From assembly GCA_003971905.1 (NCBI GenBank), contig RSEE01000034.1, positions 310,001-374,000 on the forward strand: a DNA stretch of 64,000 nucleotides, given 5' to 3'. How positions within the stretch are numbered: position 1 is the first letter of the stretch; every line of letters starts with the position of its first letter. A model generated the notes under the pieces. It saw only the letters and a program-made list of their open reading frames with translations, was not told the DNA's origin and did not search any database. Source of the DNA: Moniliella sp. 'wahieum' (taxonomy: Eukaryota). The position numbers and the translations under genes were made by a program. Below, piece by piece: positions 24,779-37,635 of this stretch.

Positions 24779-26102
24779 CTACACCCACATGGTCCCCGGT
24801 CGGCTGTCCCCGGAAAGCATACCGTCCCTCTTTTCCCCCGCCTTCTCCTTCCTCGTGAAAGAGGGGGGAAACTTCGTTCGCAGGTCCAGGCAGTGGTAGG
24901 GCCGATCCCAACGCGGACCCGATGGCGGTGCGCTCAGGGTAATTGACTGAATCCTTGCAGGTGATTCCCCCGGGCGGACGAAGTGTGACCAAGGAAATGC
25001 ATGGTCTCCGAGGGGGGAAGTAGGAGGCCCTCCTACGTGAGGAGAAGTGATAGGAAAGCGAGCCAGCGACGAAGAGAGGTATACACACACGTCCGTCCTC
25101 CCGCCGACAAAGAGAGCAGGGTTCCATCCTGGGGGCACTTGACCTTGCGTTTGCGGCACATCAATCACCCATTCCGAGTGCGCTTGTACTTGTGCTTTCG
25201 CCTTGTCTGCGTCTTTGCCCTCCTGTATTTCTGTGCTGAGGGAGATGAGAGAGGGGCAGGATCAAGCCGTACAATGGGAGGGGAAGGGGAGGGGAGAATA
25301 GGGCCATCCTTTCCCTGGCCGTTGGCAAAGAGGAGAATGATCCTGTATTAGCCCGTTCTCACCGGGAAGCACCGTGCTTCCCGACGCTCCACACGGAATG
25401 TGAGGTGAGGAGGCCCAGAATTCAATTGGGTTCGGGAGAGGTCTGAAACCGAAGGGGGGGGGGCATAGAGCCAAAGGTCTTACATTCGTCCAGGAGGGAA
25501 GCACGGTCCTCTTGTCGTGTTGACCAGAGTGGGAATGCAGGTGGCTCATTGCCAGCAGAGGATCATATCCGCAGACGAAGGCTCTGACGCAGGGAGAGCG
25601 GAGAAAGTGATAAAAGGCCTACATCTTCTTCGTATTCCGAGGGGTGCGAGGGCGAAGAGAGTGGAAAGGAGGGGGAGGCTGTACCTCCTCCCGTCGCTGA
25701 GTCTATCATCACTGGGATAGAGCTAGTGCGAAGTGTGTCCCAAGACTGTCGCACGTGGGTGCCCGAAAGCTCCCCAAGCCCTTCCTACCAGAGAAGAACG
25801 AGAAGGACCGAGAGATCAGCTTACTGGCTCATGGCCACCTTGTGCCGCGCTCTGGCTGAAGTGATGGGATGGGGAAAAGGGGGGGGGGAGAGAGATGGAA
25901 TAGTGATGGGAGACGCACCGTTGTGGCAATACCAGGGCGGCGACTGGCCCCATCTTGAAGTGGTACAGTGGGGAACATTGTTTGCTTAGACGAGGGGGCA
26001 GCGGGAGGGAGGTGCCCCATGGGTGCGTGGCTGGTGGCGTCAGGCGCAAGGACCAGGGAAGATGAGAAACGTGAATGGGGTGTGTGGCACGGCGAATTCA
26101 TG
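24779..26102 (-). pseudogene. Degenerate Zn2Cys6 (GAL4-type) transcription factor locus
   Basis: The minus strand at 25200-25080 reads KHKYKRTRNG*LMCRKRKVKCPQDG/PCSLCRRE/RTCVY, with TGA (25167-25165) at Cys1 and two indels. Upstream splice-like signals (GTAAGA ~25482, GCTAATACAG ~25343), a TATA box ~26185 and an ATG at 26102. Outer boundaries are tentative. Confidence 0.65.
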
Positions 26103-27314
26103 GTATGTGGACCCGATGATGAAGGGATGGGTGGCAGGAAGAAAGAGGGAGGGCGAGAAATGGGAGAAGAAGAATAAAAACTGATATATAGGCTCGCTGG
26201 TTCAGTGGGTGGGGAGGGAGGGGGGGGAGAGAAAATCGTAGGGGGAGCGTAGACGCACATGCATGGGCCGAGCGCACACAGGCGGGGGGCTATATACGCT
26301 GTATATCGACTTGTAGATGAATACAGGCGTCTTACATATACGCCAGAAGCTTCACAAAAGCTCTATACCATTTTGAGACAGTAGCAATGGGTGTGTACAG
26401 AATATAGCGGGTGGCCGGTGCAGACGTGAGAGGTCTGAGAGAACAGGCTGGATGTATATAGATAGGGTGCTCCCGGGCCATGTGGGGCTGTCGGGATCAC
26501 ACTTACCTATTACCTGGTTCCTGTCGTCGGGCCTCAAACCTCAGGGTGCCTGGGGTCCGACAGCTCATCGCCCATGCACAGAGCTCATCGATCGTCACAG
26601 CAGGGTATGTGCGTTATCGACACACCGTCATAGTATTTTGTTGCTACTTTGTATCCTACTGTCGTTCTTCACAATACTATATCTATCTCGCTTGAAGCTT
26701 CAAGCTTCAATCTGCTCCAGCTTTCGGTGTATACAAAGCGACAAGGGTCAACTCCAGAGCTTTGAGCGAAGCTGGGGTCTCTCGATGATATACTTTTTAT
26801 TGCTCACTGCGGATGCGCTCAACTCGGCGCTCATGCCTTCATGCAAAACCATGTTGCGGTACCGCCTTAGGGCGTCTGCATGGCGACGGGGAAAGCATGC
26901 CAGGGTTGTGGTCCCTACTATACAAGACTGCTGTCAGTGTCCAGCAGAGAGCGCTCAGTCTCAGTAGTACTGAGACTACACGCCCTCAGCTGCCCCACTG
27001 AACAAGGAAAGGGGAGAAGACAAGACAGGAGAATGGTGTACACAGAGCAACGGTGGTGGCGGTGGCGGTGGCGGCGGCGGTGGCGGCCGTGACGATGGAG
27101 GTGGCGGTGACTGCTGCGTCTAGCTGCTGGTTGTGGGCACACAGCTGCCATGACTCCTTGTTCGGAAACCGACCTGGCTCTCGATGTGGCAAAAAAGCGG
27201 GGGGAGGGGCTAAATTTGAATACGAATCTGAGATCTGTATGATCGGAGTTGTGCTGCGTTGGAACTGTGTCTGAACACGAAGGCGGCTTTGGTTTGAGTT
27301 TGACACCAACAACC

Positions 27315-27426
27315 CAACGTTCAAAGCCCAACGTGCAACGCCCAACGTCCAACGCCCAACATCCAGCGTCCAACATCTATAACGTCCAAAACGTTGTCCA
27401 ACGCCCAAATTCTAACGCCAAACGTC
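27315..27426 (+). repeat. Degenerate (CCAACGY)n heptamer array
   Basis: ccaacgt/ccaacgc/ccaacat units visible. Confidence 0.8.
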
Positions 27427-27851
27427 TGAGACATGTAAGATCTACTAACACACAACCCCGCTCCCTCCTCTCACCTTTCCCTGTGCGGAGCACAGCGTCA
27501 CTTACATAGACACACTGTGCCCCATCTCAGCAATCCCGAAACCATCATGCATTCCGCACTTGGTCGATGCTACCCTCTCTCTCCCGCAAGCCCGACAAAC
27601 GGAGGGACACCCTCTTCTCTTCCGCCCTCTATCAAAAGCCTATTGTATAAGAGGAGAATAACAGACGGAAAGCATCACGCTTGGGCGGTCCCGATTGAGT
27701 ATGAATATCGACGAGATGTATTTAACCTTGCAGCGGATGAGCCATGATCGATGAGATCTGAGTTCTGAGTTCTGAGAACGCTGAGCTACTGAGCCTCAGG
27801 CCTCAGTCAGGCTGAGCTCCTTCCATCGGCTCTCTGTTCCCGGCCTCTTGG

Positions 27852-27900
27852 GTCTCTCCCGTCTCTCCCGTCTCTCCTGTCTCTCCTGTCTCTCCCGTCT
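27852..27900 (+). repeat. (GTCTCTCCY)5 nonamer repeat
   Basis: Directly visible. Confidence 0.9.
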
Positions 27901-30410
27901 TACAATATATACTCACATGTCACATGCGACGCCTTCCCGAGCCGCACTCAGCCGCGGTATACGTATCCAAATGTAGCACGTTATACAACGAGAGAGGCAA
28001 CAGCTGTACACCAGTGTCCAATCAAATAAGGCGCAAAAGAGACAACTATAATAAGAGCGTGAACAGTATAGGGTTTATTAAACGGTAAACGTTACACGTC
28101 AAGAGCTTCAGTGTTGATAGTAAAGATCAGACGGAGCAGGGCTACTTAAACCACACAGGATGGCGACGACCGTCACCACCATGCAGCCGAATGAATTAAT
28201 GAGAGGAACTACACGGCATCTTTTGACGCTTGAACTCTGGAGCAGTGTTGGATATCTACCCTTCTTTCTGGTGGCACATACTGGGTCATTTGTCGGTTCC
28301 GCTTCGGTTCCGCCGTCCACACCGATGAACGGGGGTGACCGGTGAACGTTCGTTGAGCGTTGAACCTTTCCATGATAGCCACCATTGCATAACCTCGATG
28401 ACCGGCCATGACCTTGCCGTCCTCCATCAGAGGGCCCGCGCCAGTGACCGTCCAAAAACACTTCTGCGTGTGGGTTTTCGCCGCTGAATTAGGAGAGGAT
28501 TTGACGGAGAAAAATGGTTGGATACCAGTATACTCTCAGTACCTATAGTTCTGTGTATATATCTGCAGGGAAAAGAAAACGGCCAAAAGCTGTTGAACTT
28601 TTTTGTATAATTCTGGTTGGTGGTATGATGCGTGTGAGACTTCACATGGGGACGAGCATGTGCAAAAAAGTAGTTGGAAAAGAGACGGTAGGTGTCTAGG
28701 ACAGGAGCTGATCGATAAAAGTAATACGTGGAGTTCTCAGTGGTGCCCGAATACAACTCAAAAAAGTGGGGGGAAGTAAAGAGATGCAAAGTCTTCAAAC
28801 TTCAATGCCCACAGAGAGGACCTTTGTCCATTTAGTCTAAAGACAAAGCCAAATTTTGAGAGGAAGAGAGGGTGATGCAGTGTTAGTGACACCTACCGTG
28901 GGTTGGGGTAACCCGTAATGCATAATGGAGGCCCTGTCGTCTATCACATTTGGGCTGCGATATCTCCTTGGCCCCCGATCCCCCGAGTCTGGGGCAAGGT
29001 GCCACACAGCCATACGAAGACTATTAGTGTACGCCGAATTCTCTTACCGAGGCGAGTGAACGGAGCTGTCTGAGTAATATGCACCGGCCTCCACTTTCTC
29101 AAAAGGCGAGCAACTGAGCCGTAGACATCGGGTTTTGGATCCCTTCCACATCGGCATCAGCAATTGCAGGTACAGGATGGGACTACCGATAGAGCCTCAG
29201 TAGTTGTACAGTGTGCCTCTTCGCAATGGGAGGCAACCGGGTTTGGGGGGAGTGTCGTCCCAACCGTCTATGGTTCCGTTCTTCCAGCTATACTATGAGG
29301 GACGGTACATCCCTCTTGTCCCTTTTACCTTTACTACGCCGTACGGCGGCTCCTCTCTGCCACACTTTCCTCGAAACCGATTCTGCCGCCTCTGCACCTA
29401 CCGTCCAACTATAGCATGCCGTATCCGGGCTAATAATGAAAAAGAGACGGTGTGGTGTGTGGGCTGGCAGAACTGGGCAGATCTTTTGATTTGGAGTGCG
29501 GTTACAGGGAGTAACAGGAGGTGTACTGGATGAGAGGGCTTCGGTGGTACTAACAGCTAGCATGTCGAGAGTTATTGATATGGCGGAGCGGGGGTATGAT
29601 ATATGATGGCCAAGGGAACTTAACTATAGCCTGTGTACTATAGCCCTGCGGACGGTGCGTGCCCACCGCTTTTCCTTCCCCTCTCAATTGAAGTTGGTGC
29701 TCTGCCTCCCCACCATCCATCATCACTGTGTTGGGACCCGTGGTCCCGTACATACGTCAAAGCGCCCTATCATTGTTCGAACCCCTGTCTCTTCCAGGTA
29801 CACAAATTACTCGGCATCGACCTCCAGAGGTTCACCATCCCAATCCATGGGTTTTACCGGTCTTACACACTGTTCCGCTATCCACTTCCCTGATGTAATC
29901 TCTTGTTTCCCCGCTCACTGTGAGGCTGATCGACTGTCTCTCACCTCTCTTAGTAAACTGCATGGGGAGAGTGCCCAGCTCCATGGGACACAGCGCATTT
30001 CTGTGTCATGCCTATGGGAAACAAACTGGGAGATTGTAAAGCTCTAGATGAGAAGAGATGCATTGAAGAAAACATTCGAAGACTCGCAAGGGAAAAGACC
30101 GACAGAGATGTGTGCGTAAAAATAAAGCCATGCACTGGCAGAGAGACAAAATGTAGAAGACGGGTGCTCGCTATGTATACTAGTCGCTGGAGGCGTGGGA
30201 TACGCCGATCTGCGCCAGCCGTCCCAAAAGGGCCGAGTGCTGAACTATCTCCCGCAGTCGTTGTGTTGCACTGCAGCTTGCGTTGCCGTCAACAAGCAAG
30301 AAACAATGCACACAGGCGTACAGTCGCTTTTCGTCGTAACTTGGTCAAAAATAGTCGGAAGGAGGCGCTGTTTCCAACGAAATCTAAGGCCTTAGCCATA
30401 GGCCTGAGAG

Positions 30411-30456
30411 ACGCGTGACGCGTGAAGCTTGAAGCTTGAAGCTTGAAGCTTGAAGC
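30411..30456. repeat. Heptamer array (ACGCGTG)2(AAGCTTG)4
   Basis: Directly visible; longest example of the window-wide palindromic-heptamer pattern. Confidence 0.95.
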
Positions 30457-30788
30457 CTACAGAACCACGCCCCAGAAACAGAGACGCCACACTTTTCCTT
30501 TTGAGCGCTGGTTGAGAGAAAGCACCCCGTTGGAGATGGCACGTGACTTTACATTTCAACATTAGAAGTAGCTCCTACTTCAGGGTACAATAGGGTTGCG
30601 AATTTATGCCGCAGCGGAATAGTGGCTGTGTGCCCCTGTGCCTGGAGGGGGAAACAACCCCAAGCAATAGGCAGGGGGCGAGTCTTGCGCCCGCCGCCGC
30701 TGGCCCGCCTGCTTCCGACGGTCCCCTCCCAGCCTAAGCAACGGGTGCGCTCCGCTTTGTTCTGTCCACCACAGCAAGTCGAAACACC

Positions 30789-31247
30789 ATGGTCCGCAAC
30801 TCGTCCAACCCTGTGCACAAGGCCACCGTCGAGCGCTCCGGCCTCGCCTGGGGCATTGCCCGTGGCCACAAGACCGAGCGTCGTGTCGTCCCGCCCGCCC
30901 GGCCGCGATGAAGGGCCACACGTCGCAGCGCAACTTGATTGTCAAGTCGGTCATTCGCGAGGTGGCTGGCTTTGCGCCCTACGAGCGTCGCGCTATGGAG
31001 CTCCTGCGTAACTCGAAGGTACGTTTTTGCCTCGATGTCGTTCCCTCCACTCCACCCCCTCCCACTTTTACCCCTAAATGCTCTATCTTTTTTTCGTGGA
31101 TGCGGGAGTACTGACCTCGGTGTACTGGTGTAGGACAAGCGTGCGCGCAAGTTCATGAAGAAGCGTCTGGGCACCCTCAAGCGCGCCAAGGCTAAGGTTG
31201 AGGCATTGCAGAACGTGATTGCTGAACAGCGTCGTGCTGGCCACTAA
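30789..31247 (+). CDS. RPL36: 60S ribosomal protein L36 (eL36); intron 31019-31133; apparent frameshift ~30890-30907
   Basis: [13 protein letters not shown]...[48 protein letters not shown]. Confidence 0.96.
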
Positions 31248-31499
31248 ATGGTTTAAGCCATTTGGGGTCTGTATCTACTACGGAACCGCTTTAGTAGGCG
31301 CGCTGTGCCTCGTTATGCTCTTGTGCCTGTGCTCGCCATGTGCTCAAGCTCACCCAAAAACCTCATGGAATTCGATGAGGATCCCTGCCGTTTTGGTGCT
31401 GTAGGCTCTACGCCTCCATTTAGGCCGGCGGGAATAGAGGAAACTTCAAAGAGAACAACGCAAAGCGTTAAGTCTTGGCCAGGTTTTCGACAGTAGTAG

Positions 31500-32763
31500 T
31501 AGTGGTGTTACTAAGGGTGTTGGATGCGGGCTCGACAGGGGGCAGTGGGCTGGCAGGTTTGCCAGCGTTGCAGGTGGACATTTCAGGAGCGAGAAGCTAC
31601 GCCAGGGACAACAATCAGTGTTCATCCCCAAATCCATACAATTGATACACCAAGGAGTGGAAGAGGAACGTACTGTGGCAGAAGGAGATGGGATCGGCTT
31701 CGGCTTGAGTGACAGTCGTTGACTTGGGTCCGGCGAACCGATACTGTCAGGGTTCTCCTTCAACGGACTAGGATGGAACGGTGCAAGGGTAACGAGCTTT
31801 GTGCGCAGCGCTTCGTTCGCGTTCGGATTAGGTTGCAGAGGGAGACTTTGTGCCGCAAGGTCAGATTGGAATGCGGGACTAAGCGCGGTAGGAAGGGTAG
31901 TGCCCAACGCCGGCGCCCCAAGATGGGACGGTGGGGAGGTGACGGGATGGACTTGAACACACATAGTTAGATCTCCTCCCGTAGAAAGGGAAGTTGGCCT
32001 ACCTTTCTCTTGCGTGCTTGAGCTGTGCTGCCACTTCGCTTGGCTTTCATCAAATGACCATCTGGGGCACGTTTGCGCTTGCGCGTTTCGAGGGCGGATT
32101 GGACACGCGAGGTGTACACAAGAGGAGGGCGGGCTGCGCCAGCTGATGGCGACAGTGATTTCTGTTTCGATGAACAGGTCTCCTTTGCCGATGCGACAGT
32201 CCCATTCGATAGACCAAGGCACTTGGCCAAATGAACCGAATAGCGGTTACTACCCACTTGGCGGGAGCACACAACACATGCCAACAATGGTTTTGCGCAT
32301 ACACATCCGCTTTGCCAAGTGTGGTAGATGCATTGCTGTTGCTGTTGCTGTTGCTCGTGGTAGGGGCAGTGGGAATAGTGGTGCTACTGGGGTCCACACT
32401 AGTTGGGGACCTAAGTGTCTCTTCGCCGGAAAGTGATAGAGGAAGGGCTGGTTCCCCTGTACGCACACCAGAGGGGAGGGCGGCGACCGATCTGACTTGG
32501 CGGGTGCGATGGCAGTTGGGCCGGGGGGGTGGGCAGAGCGTAGGAGGAAGCGGCACATAGCTTGCCACATATGGGACAGCCGAATCCTGGAACCCCTTGC
32601 TCAGGGGTGGAGGAGACAGCAGAGATGGGAAGGGGTGTCTCCGCTTGGCGGTCAACCGCCATTGGACAAGAGTGTCTACAACCATGTCACGCACTAGGGC
32701 GGTATAAAGCCTGGTGGTGAGCGTTTTGAACGACTTATCGCGCTCCAGCTCCAGGTCGGACAT
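31500..32763 (-). CDS. SGF11: SAGA DUB-module subunit Sgf11-like zinc-finger protein; introns and 3' end uncertain
   Basis: N-terminal helix TLTTRLYTALVRDMVVD and, after an indel, the zinc finger CVVCSRQVGSNRYSVHLAKCLGL. Candidate donors near 32003 and 31673. Confidence 0.72.
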
Positions 32764-35700
32764 GATGAGCGACGAGGGGACAGGTACGAGTAGGTTCCCG
32801 GTAGAGGGGCAAAGTTGTTGGTGGCGAAGATGTTTGATCAGACTGTAGGCTGTCATGGAATCAGTCCTCAGGGAGATGGTATGGGGCGCGGCTGGTCTGC
32901 TTGTTTTTTGGTTGCGGTGGGGCAAGCAGGGAGGGTCTAGGACTAAGTGGCGTTCAAGGGGTTCAACGTTCAACGTTCAAGTGAACGCTGATTTCAACGT
33001 TCAACGTTGTATTAGCGCTTAGGCGCTTAGGATGGGTACATTACGTGCAGTCATGCTAATAGCATCAGTGTGTATTATGTCTTTCGCACTTTGCAGCAAA
33101 GCATTTCTCGGCCAAAACTTCTAATAGAACCTCCACAGATGAGAGAGCTTGCATATGAAAAGAAGCGATCAGCCTGCACCATAACAGAATTCTACAATCT
33201 TATCGGATGTCAGCACCATCCCGCAAAAGTGCCTGTGGTATACTGTTGACAAAACAGATCTCAATAACATCTTTTTCGAAACCGTAGTCTCAGCTGTTCG
33301 ACTCTCCACTAGAGGTGATGAAGAGATTCATCTCCTGCAATACTATCATATTCTCTCTCTTGAGGCCCGCCCCTTCGTGTATGGTTTTACGGGTATACAT
33401 GCCCCTGGACACGCCCAATCAGATTCGCGTACTACGGTATATATATATGTTCAATGACATCTGCTTCAAGCTGAGCTGTCAGGGCAAAACCAAGCAGATG
33501 TACAGATCAGACAAGGCCGAGATGACCCTCTGATTTGGGTGGCTGCCTGCTTTTAAAGTCTGCTCAGACTCTCTTCCGAGAAGGAGGTTAGGCCCTGCTT
33601 ATTATGTACCACGTGAAGAGAGCACAGGACGGGTATCAACTATAGAAAGAGGATTGTGAGTGAGTATATGTGAGAGTTTTCGCAAAGAGGTATATAACCA
33701 GTCAAGAGTAAAACTCAGCTCGTACTTTCATGGGCGCTATAATATGTGGTGCACAGTCCTGGATACCAGCAGGGCCTATATACGGCCCGTCTGATGGGGC
33801 TTCGCAAAAGCCTGTCCACGAGCTGATATGGCGACGGTACACAGTCATTGCTCTCCCCTGGTCCACCTGTCATGGACTCCTTATCCCGCTCGTTATCGTT
33901 CTATCGTCCACGCTGGCCACCGTTTCATGGTTCACAAGAGACCATCGCTCCCACGCACATTATAGGTTATTAGCGTTCCATCATTTTCCCCATGGCGTAC
34001 TACACTGTTCTGTAGTCATTAGTCGCAGGGAAGCATGAAGAGCTCATATGCCACCCAGAGGATCTGGGAGAGGGAGGCCGGGAGGAGTGATATATATGGG
34101 TGGTTTGCATCGTGGGCGGCCGCGGAGAACACACGAACACCTTGTAATTATCCTTCCTCGGCAGTCTTGAACCCACATTTTCTGGGCAGAATACGCGAGG
34201 TTGCCTGCTTCGCTTGCCCTCCTGACCCACCCGGAAGCCCTCGCTCGGAGCTTCGCCGTCGCCACGCCACAACGCTGAGCATCTTTCAGCCATCCCTCAA
34301 CTCATCATGGCTGTCACCACCGCCACGCCTTTTTTCGACAGTCACACTTTGTTGGTCTTCCGTAACGACTTGCCCCAGGCCGCATTCTGCTCTTCTTCCT
34401 TTTTCCAGATACAGAGGGTGCCAAGGGGGGACGTACGACATGCCACCCACATATGTTCACAGAAGCACGAAGCACTTCTCTTCATCCTGTTTTGGCTTAG
34501 CGCTGACATGAGCGCTGATGTGAGCTCTGAGAGTGGCGCATCTCTCACTGTTTCTATCCAGAGAGCTTGACCCCGCGTGTGGCGTTTATTTAAAAAGCCT
34601 GTAATAAGACAGCTCTCCGAATGTCTGATGATCGATGAAGCTTGACGAGAAAGAAGCATGTGAGACGTGTTGATTTGCTGGCTGCGCACTGGGGCTGCGG
34701 TCGGAGATTTTAGATGCGAGAATACTGTTACGATGAAACGAGACAGAACCAATGAATGAAGGGATGCCGGTGATGCATGATACGTGTTCCTACTATATAG
34801 TAGGGTGGTGCAACTACTACATAAAGGTCATGCAGTTCTGGCCGGGACTGCGCAAATACTGAGGGCCACTGAGGGCGGCGTGGGGTGTGGGGCCGACATT
34901 GATCGACGCGTGTTTGGATCAACACAAGAACCCACAACGAACGTTACCCCCACCAAAAGCCTCGATGCGTGACTGTCAGTGTAAACAAATGTCAACTGTG
35001 ATGCTGTGAGGAAAGAAACACACGGCGGAACGCGGAACAACTCTTGTGGCCAAAAAACTTATCCGTGAAGCTGAACGACTTGCACACATGCACGACATTT
35101 TGGTCATTCTCCCTCCCAATGTCGGACGAGAAGAAAAGGGAGGCAGGTTACCGGTTACCGGTTACTAGCTTTACTCGCTTTGGACCTGCCAGGTCGCTCG
35201 TGGCTTTGTGATTTCTTCGTGGCCAGGCTGCTCTCATGCATGATGCATGATGATCATGCTGTTAAAATTTCCGGCGGCAGTGCGCCCATGCAGGCTGCTG
35301 CAATGATTTCGATAGATCGATGATTGGTGATCGATGATCGATGAGGCGCAGGCGATGCGGACAGTCGCTTGGTGCTGCCGGGGCATCACACATCGCTGGT
35401 CGCTGCCTGTGGCTCTGCGCAGATGGGCCCAGAATGCACACTGCGCTTGGCTGGGCAGTCGGCCTAGCCAGGCAGCGGCCTCCTGCCTGGCCAGTCTGGC
35501 GCCAGAATCAGATGCTCGATCGCCCACATCAGTCACCCGCATCACACATCCCCATCACACGCCACACCAGCATATGGCCAGTCACGCGTCACGCGTCAGT
35601 GGTACTGCTCGCTGCCTCCAGCGATCTGCGTGGTAAGGCCGGTGAGGCCGGTGAGGTGAGGCTCATCGCTGAGCCTGAGCCAACACTCAGCCTCGGGCTG

Positions 35701-35871
35701 GGCCGCAGGTGTGGATGGTTGGTTGTTAGCAAAAGGTATATAAACAGACGCCAGTACCGTCGCCTCGTTCCTTTCTCCCTACTTCCTGTCGCCGCCACAA
35801 CACCACCACTACCACTACCACCCGCTTCCATCAGCACGTGCGACGACCCCTCCTTTCTCTCGGCCCCCATC

Positions 35872-37635
35872 ATGTACGTCTCTCCATTCTCGCCGAACCC
35901 TGGACTTGGTTAACTATCATCTCTAGTATTGCTCTCATACTGACCATTCCTCACCCTACAGGCACCTGTGTACGCATTTTCCTATGACGCCCGTCCCTTC
36001 TCCCCAGACTTTGCTTTTGATACTAATACCCAGCGCAATTATCTCCTTTGACCCTCATCTCGTTCGCTCGCACAGACGGAGCGATTGTGTTCAACCAAGA
36101 AAAAACCACCTCACGGGTCCCCTTTGGCTGCATGGGATCTGAATCCTTTGGCTGGCTACGGCGGCAACAGATGCAAGATCAATGTCGTCGTTGCCAGGTA
36201 CGTACTTTCCCCCCTTGATTTATTTCTTCGCTTTCGAACGTGCGGAGGCTAACTGGGTTTACCCCTCCCCAACACGTATGATAGGAACTTGCTGAGGAAA
36301 CCAATGCCAATGACCAAGTCCACATTGAAGCGGACGAGTTCGTGGCTCTCTCGTCCGGTCGACCTGTGGAAGATGAGCTGTGCGGGGTGATCCTGACCGA
36401 CCACGAGTACCCGCGCGAGGTAGCAGTGGCGGTGCTGGACAAGATACTGGAAGAGATGGCGGTGCGGGTGCCCAAGGCACGGTACCAAGGTCTGATCGCG
36501 CAGTTGGAGGCCCAGCATCCTCTCCACTTTGTTCCTCCTCGCCACCCATCCTCTCCAAGACAAGAAGAGGAGGAAGAAATTGGCGAGCAGGATAACCAAG
36601 ATTCGGTCCGAGTGGAGTTGAATCGCCGCCAAGCCTATGGTCAGGGGGTGGGCATCACCGAACCCATCCTGGTTGCCGCGTTGGAATTTCCTTCGGCGCA
36701 ACAGTATCTGACTCGGTACCAGGACCTGGAACGTGCGCGGGCACTTGCTCGTGAGCAGCGCGAGTCGCGTACGACGGGTGGGCGGGCGTTGGGCGTAGCG
36801 GTAGCATCCAAGCGGTCGCCCAACAAGACCGCCTTCCTCCCTCATGCCAACGTGCAAACTGCTTCCCACGACGAAGCACGCTCTCTGGGCCCTCGCTTGC
36901 GCCGCCTGTGCTCATGCCGTCTGATGCGACATTGCGGGCACGAAGTGCGACCGTAGCGTTGGGCGGGCCGAACCCTTCCTCGACATTGGGCTTGGCGTTG
37001 CAGCCCGCGCCGGCTGTGCCAGAGGAAACAGAGGGACGAAGCAGTGTGAAAGCAAGTTTGAGCACTCTGCGTTCGATGGGCAGTGCTACCCCCGTGACGC
37101 CTCGGTCCGAGTCAGCTACGACAATCGAAACGGAGGAAGATCATGAACTGCGTACGCCCACACCCCTTACCGCCAATTTGGGAGCGGTCCGTGCGGCCCT
37201 GGCCACCTCCTCCCCCAGCGTTCATCTCGGCTTCAACGGATGCAAGCCAAAGCCTTAGATCCCATGCCGCAGTTGGAGGAGCCTGCGGCTATGATCCTAG
37301 AACGTCGGATGCCCGTCGGGCCGGCTGAGGACGAGGAAGAAGAGGAAGAAGAAGGAGAACTCCAAGGAGCTAGCAACCCTTCTGTGGGACGGAGCAATAA
37401 GTACTATCCTGATCACCCCACCAGCACTCAAGATTCATCGGCACCGGTTGCCCCTTCAATCACACTGCGGCCAGAGCGCCGCTCAGCTCACTTCTCCACC
37501 CCTCCCACGACCTACAGCAAGGAGCTGCAAAAAGCCCGTCAAGGTCATCGTGGGGTTGGCAACTCGCTGCGGATGGTGGTGCCTGGGCGCAAACGCGGGG
37601 TGGCTGAGGGGGAGGAGAATTGTGTGGTCATGTAA
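35872..37635 (+). CDS. Divergent Ykt6-like longin-domain protein with C-terminal CaaX; introns 35874-35961, 35970-36075, 36198-36284; several indels
   Basis: Spliced start MHLYGAIVF; AWDL.SFGWL; ELCGVILTDHEYPREVAVAVLDKILEE; FPSAQQYLTRYQD; ends GEENCVVM*. Confidence 0.72.

Noticed and set aside
26300..30400. Short ORFs in lower-GC stretches (also 33000-35200, 46600-47700, 57000-59600)
   Set aside because: No recognisable domains or codon bias, and no tRNA/rRNA/snRNA signature that I could support by eye; left unannotated.
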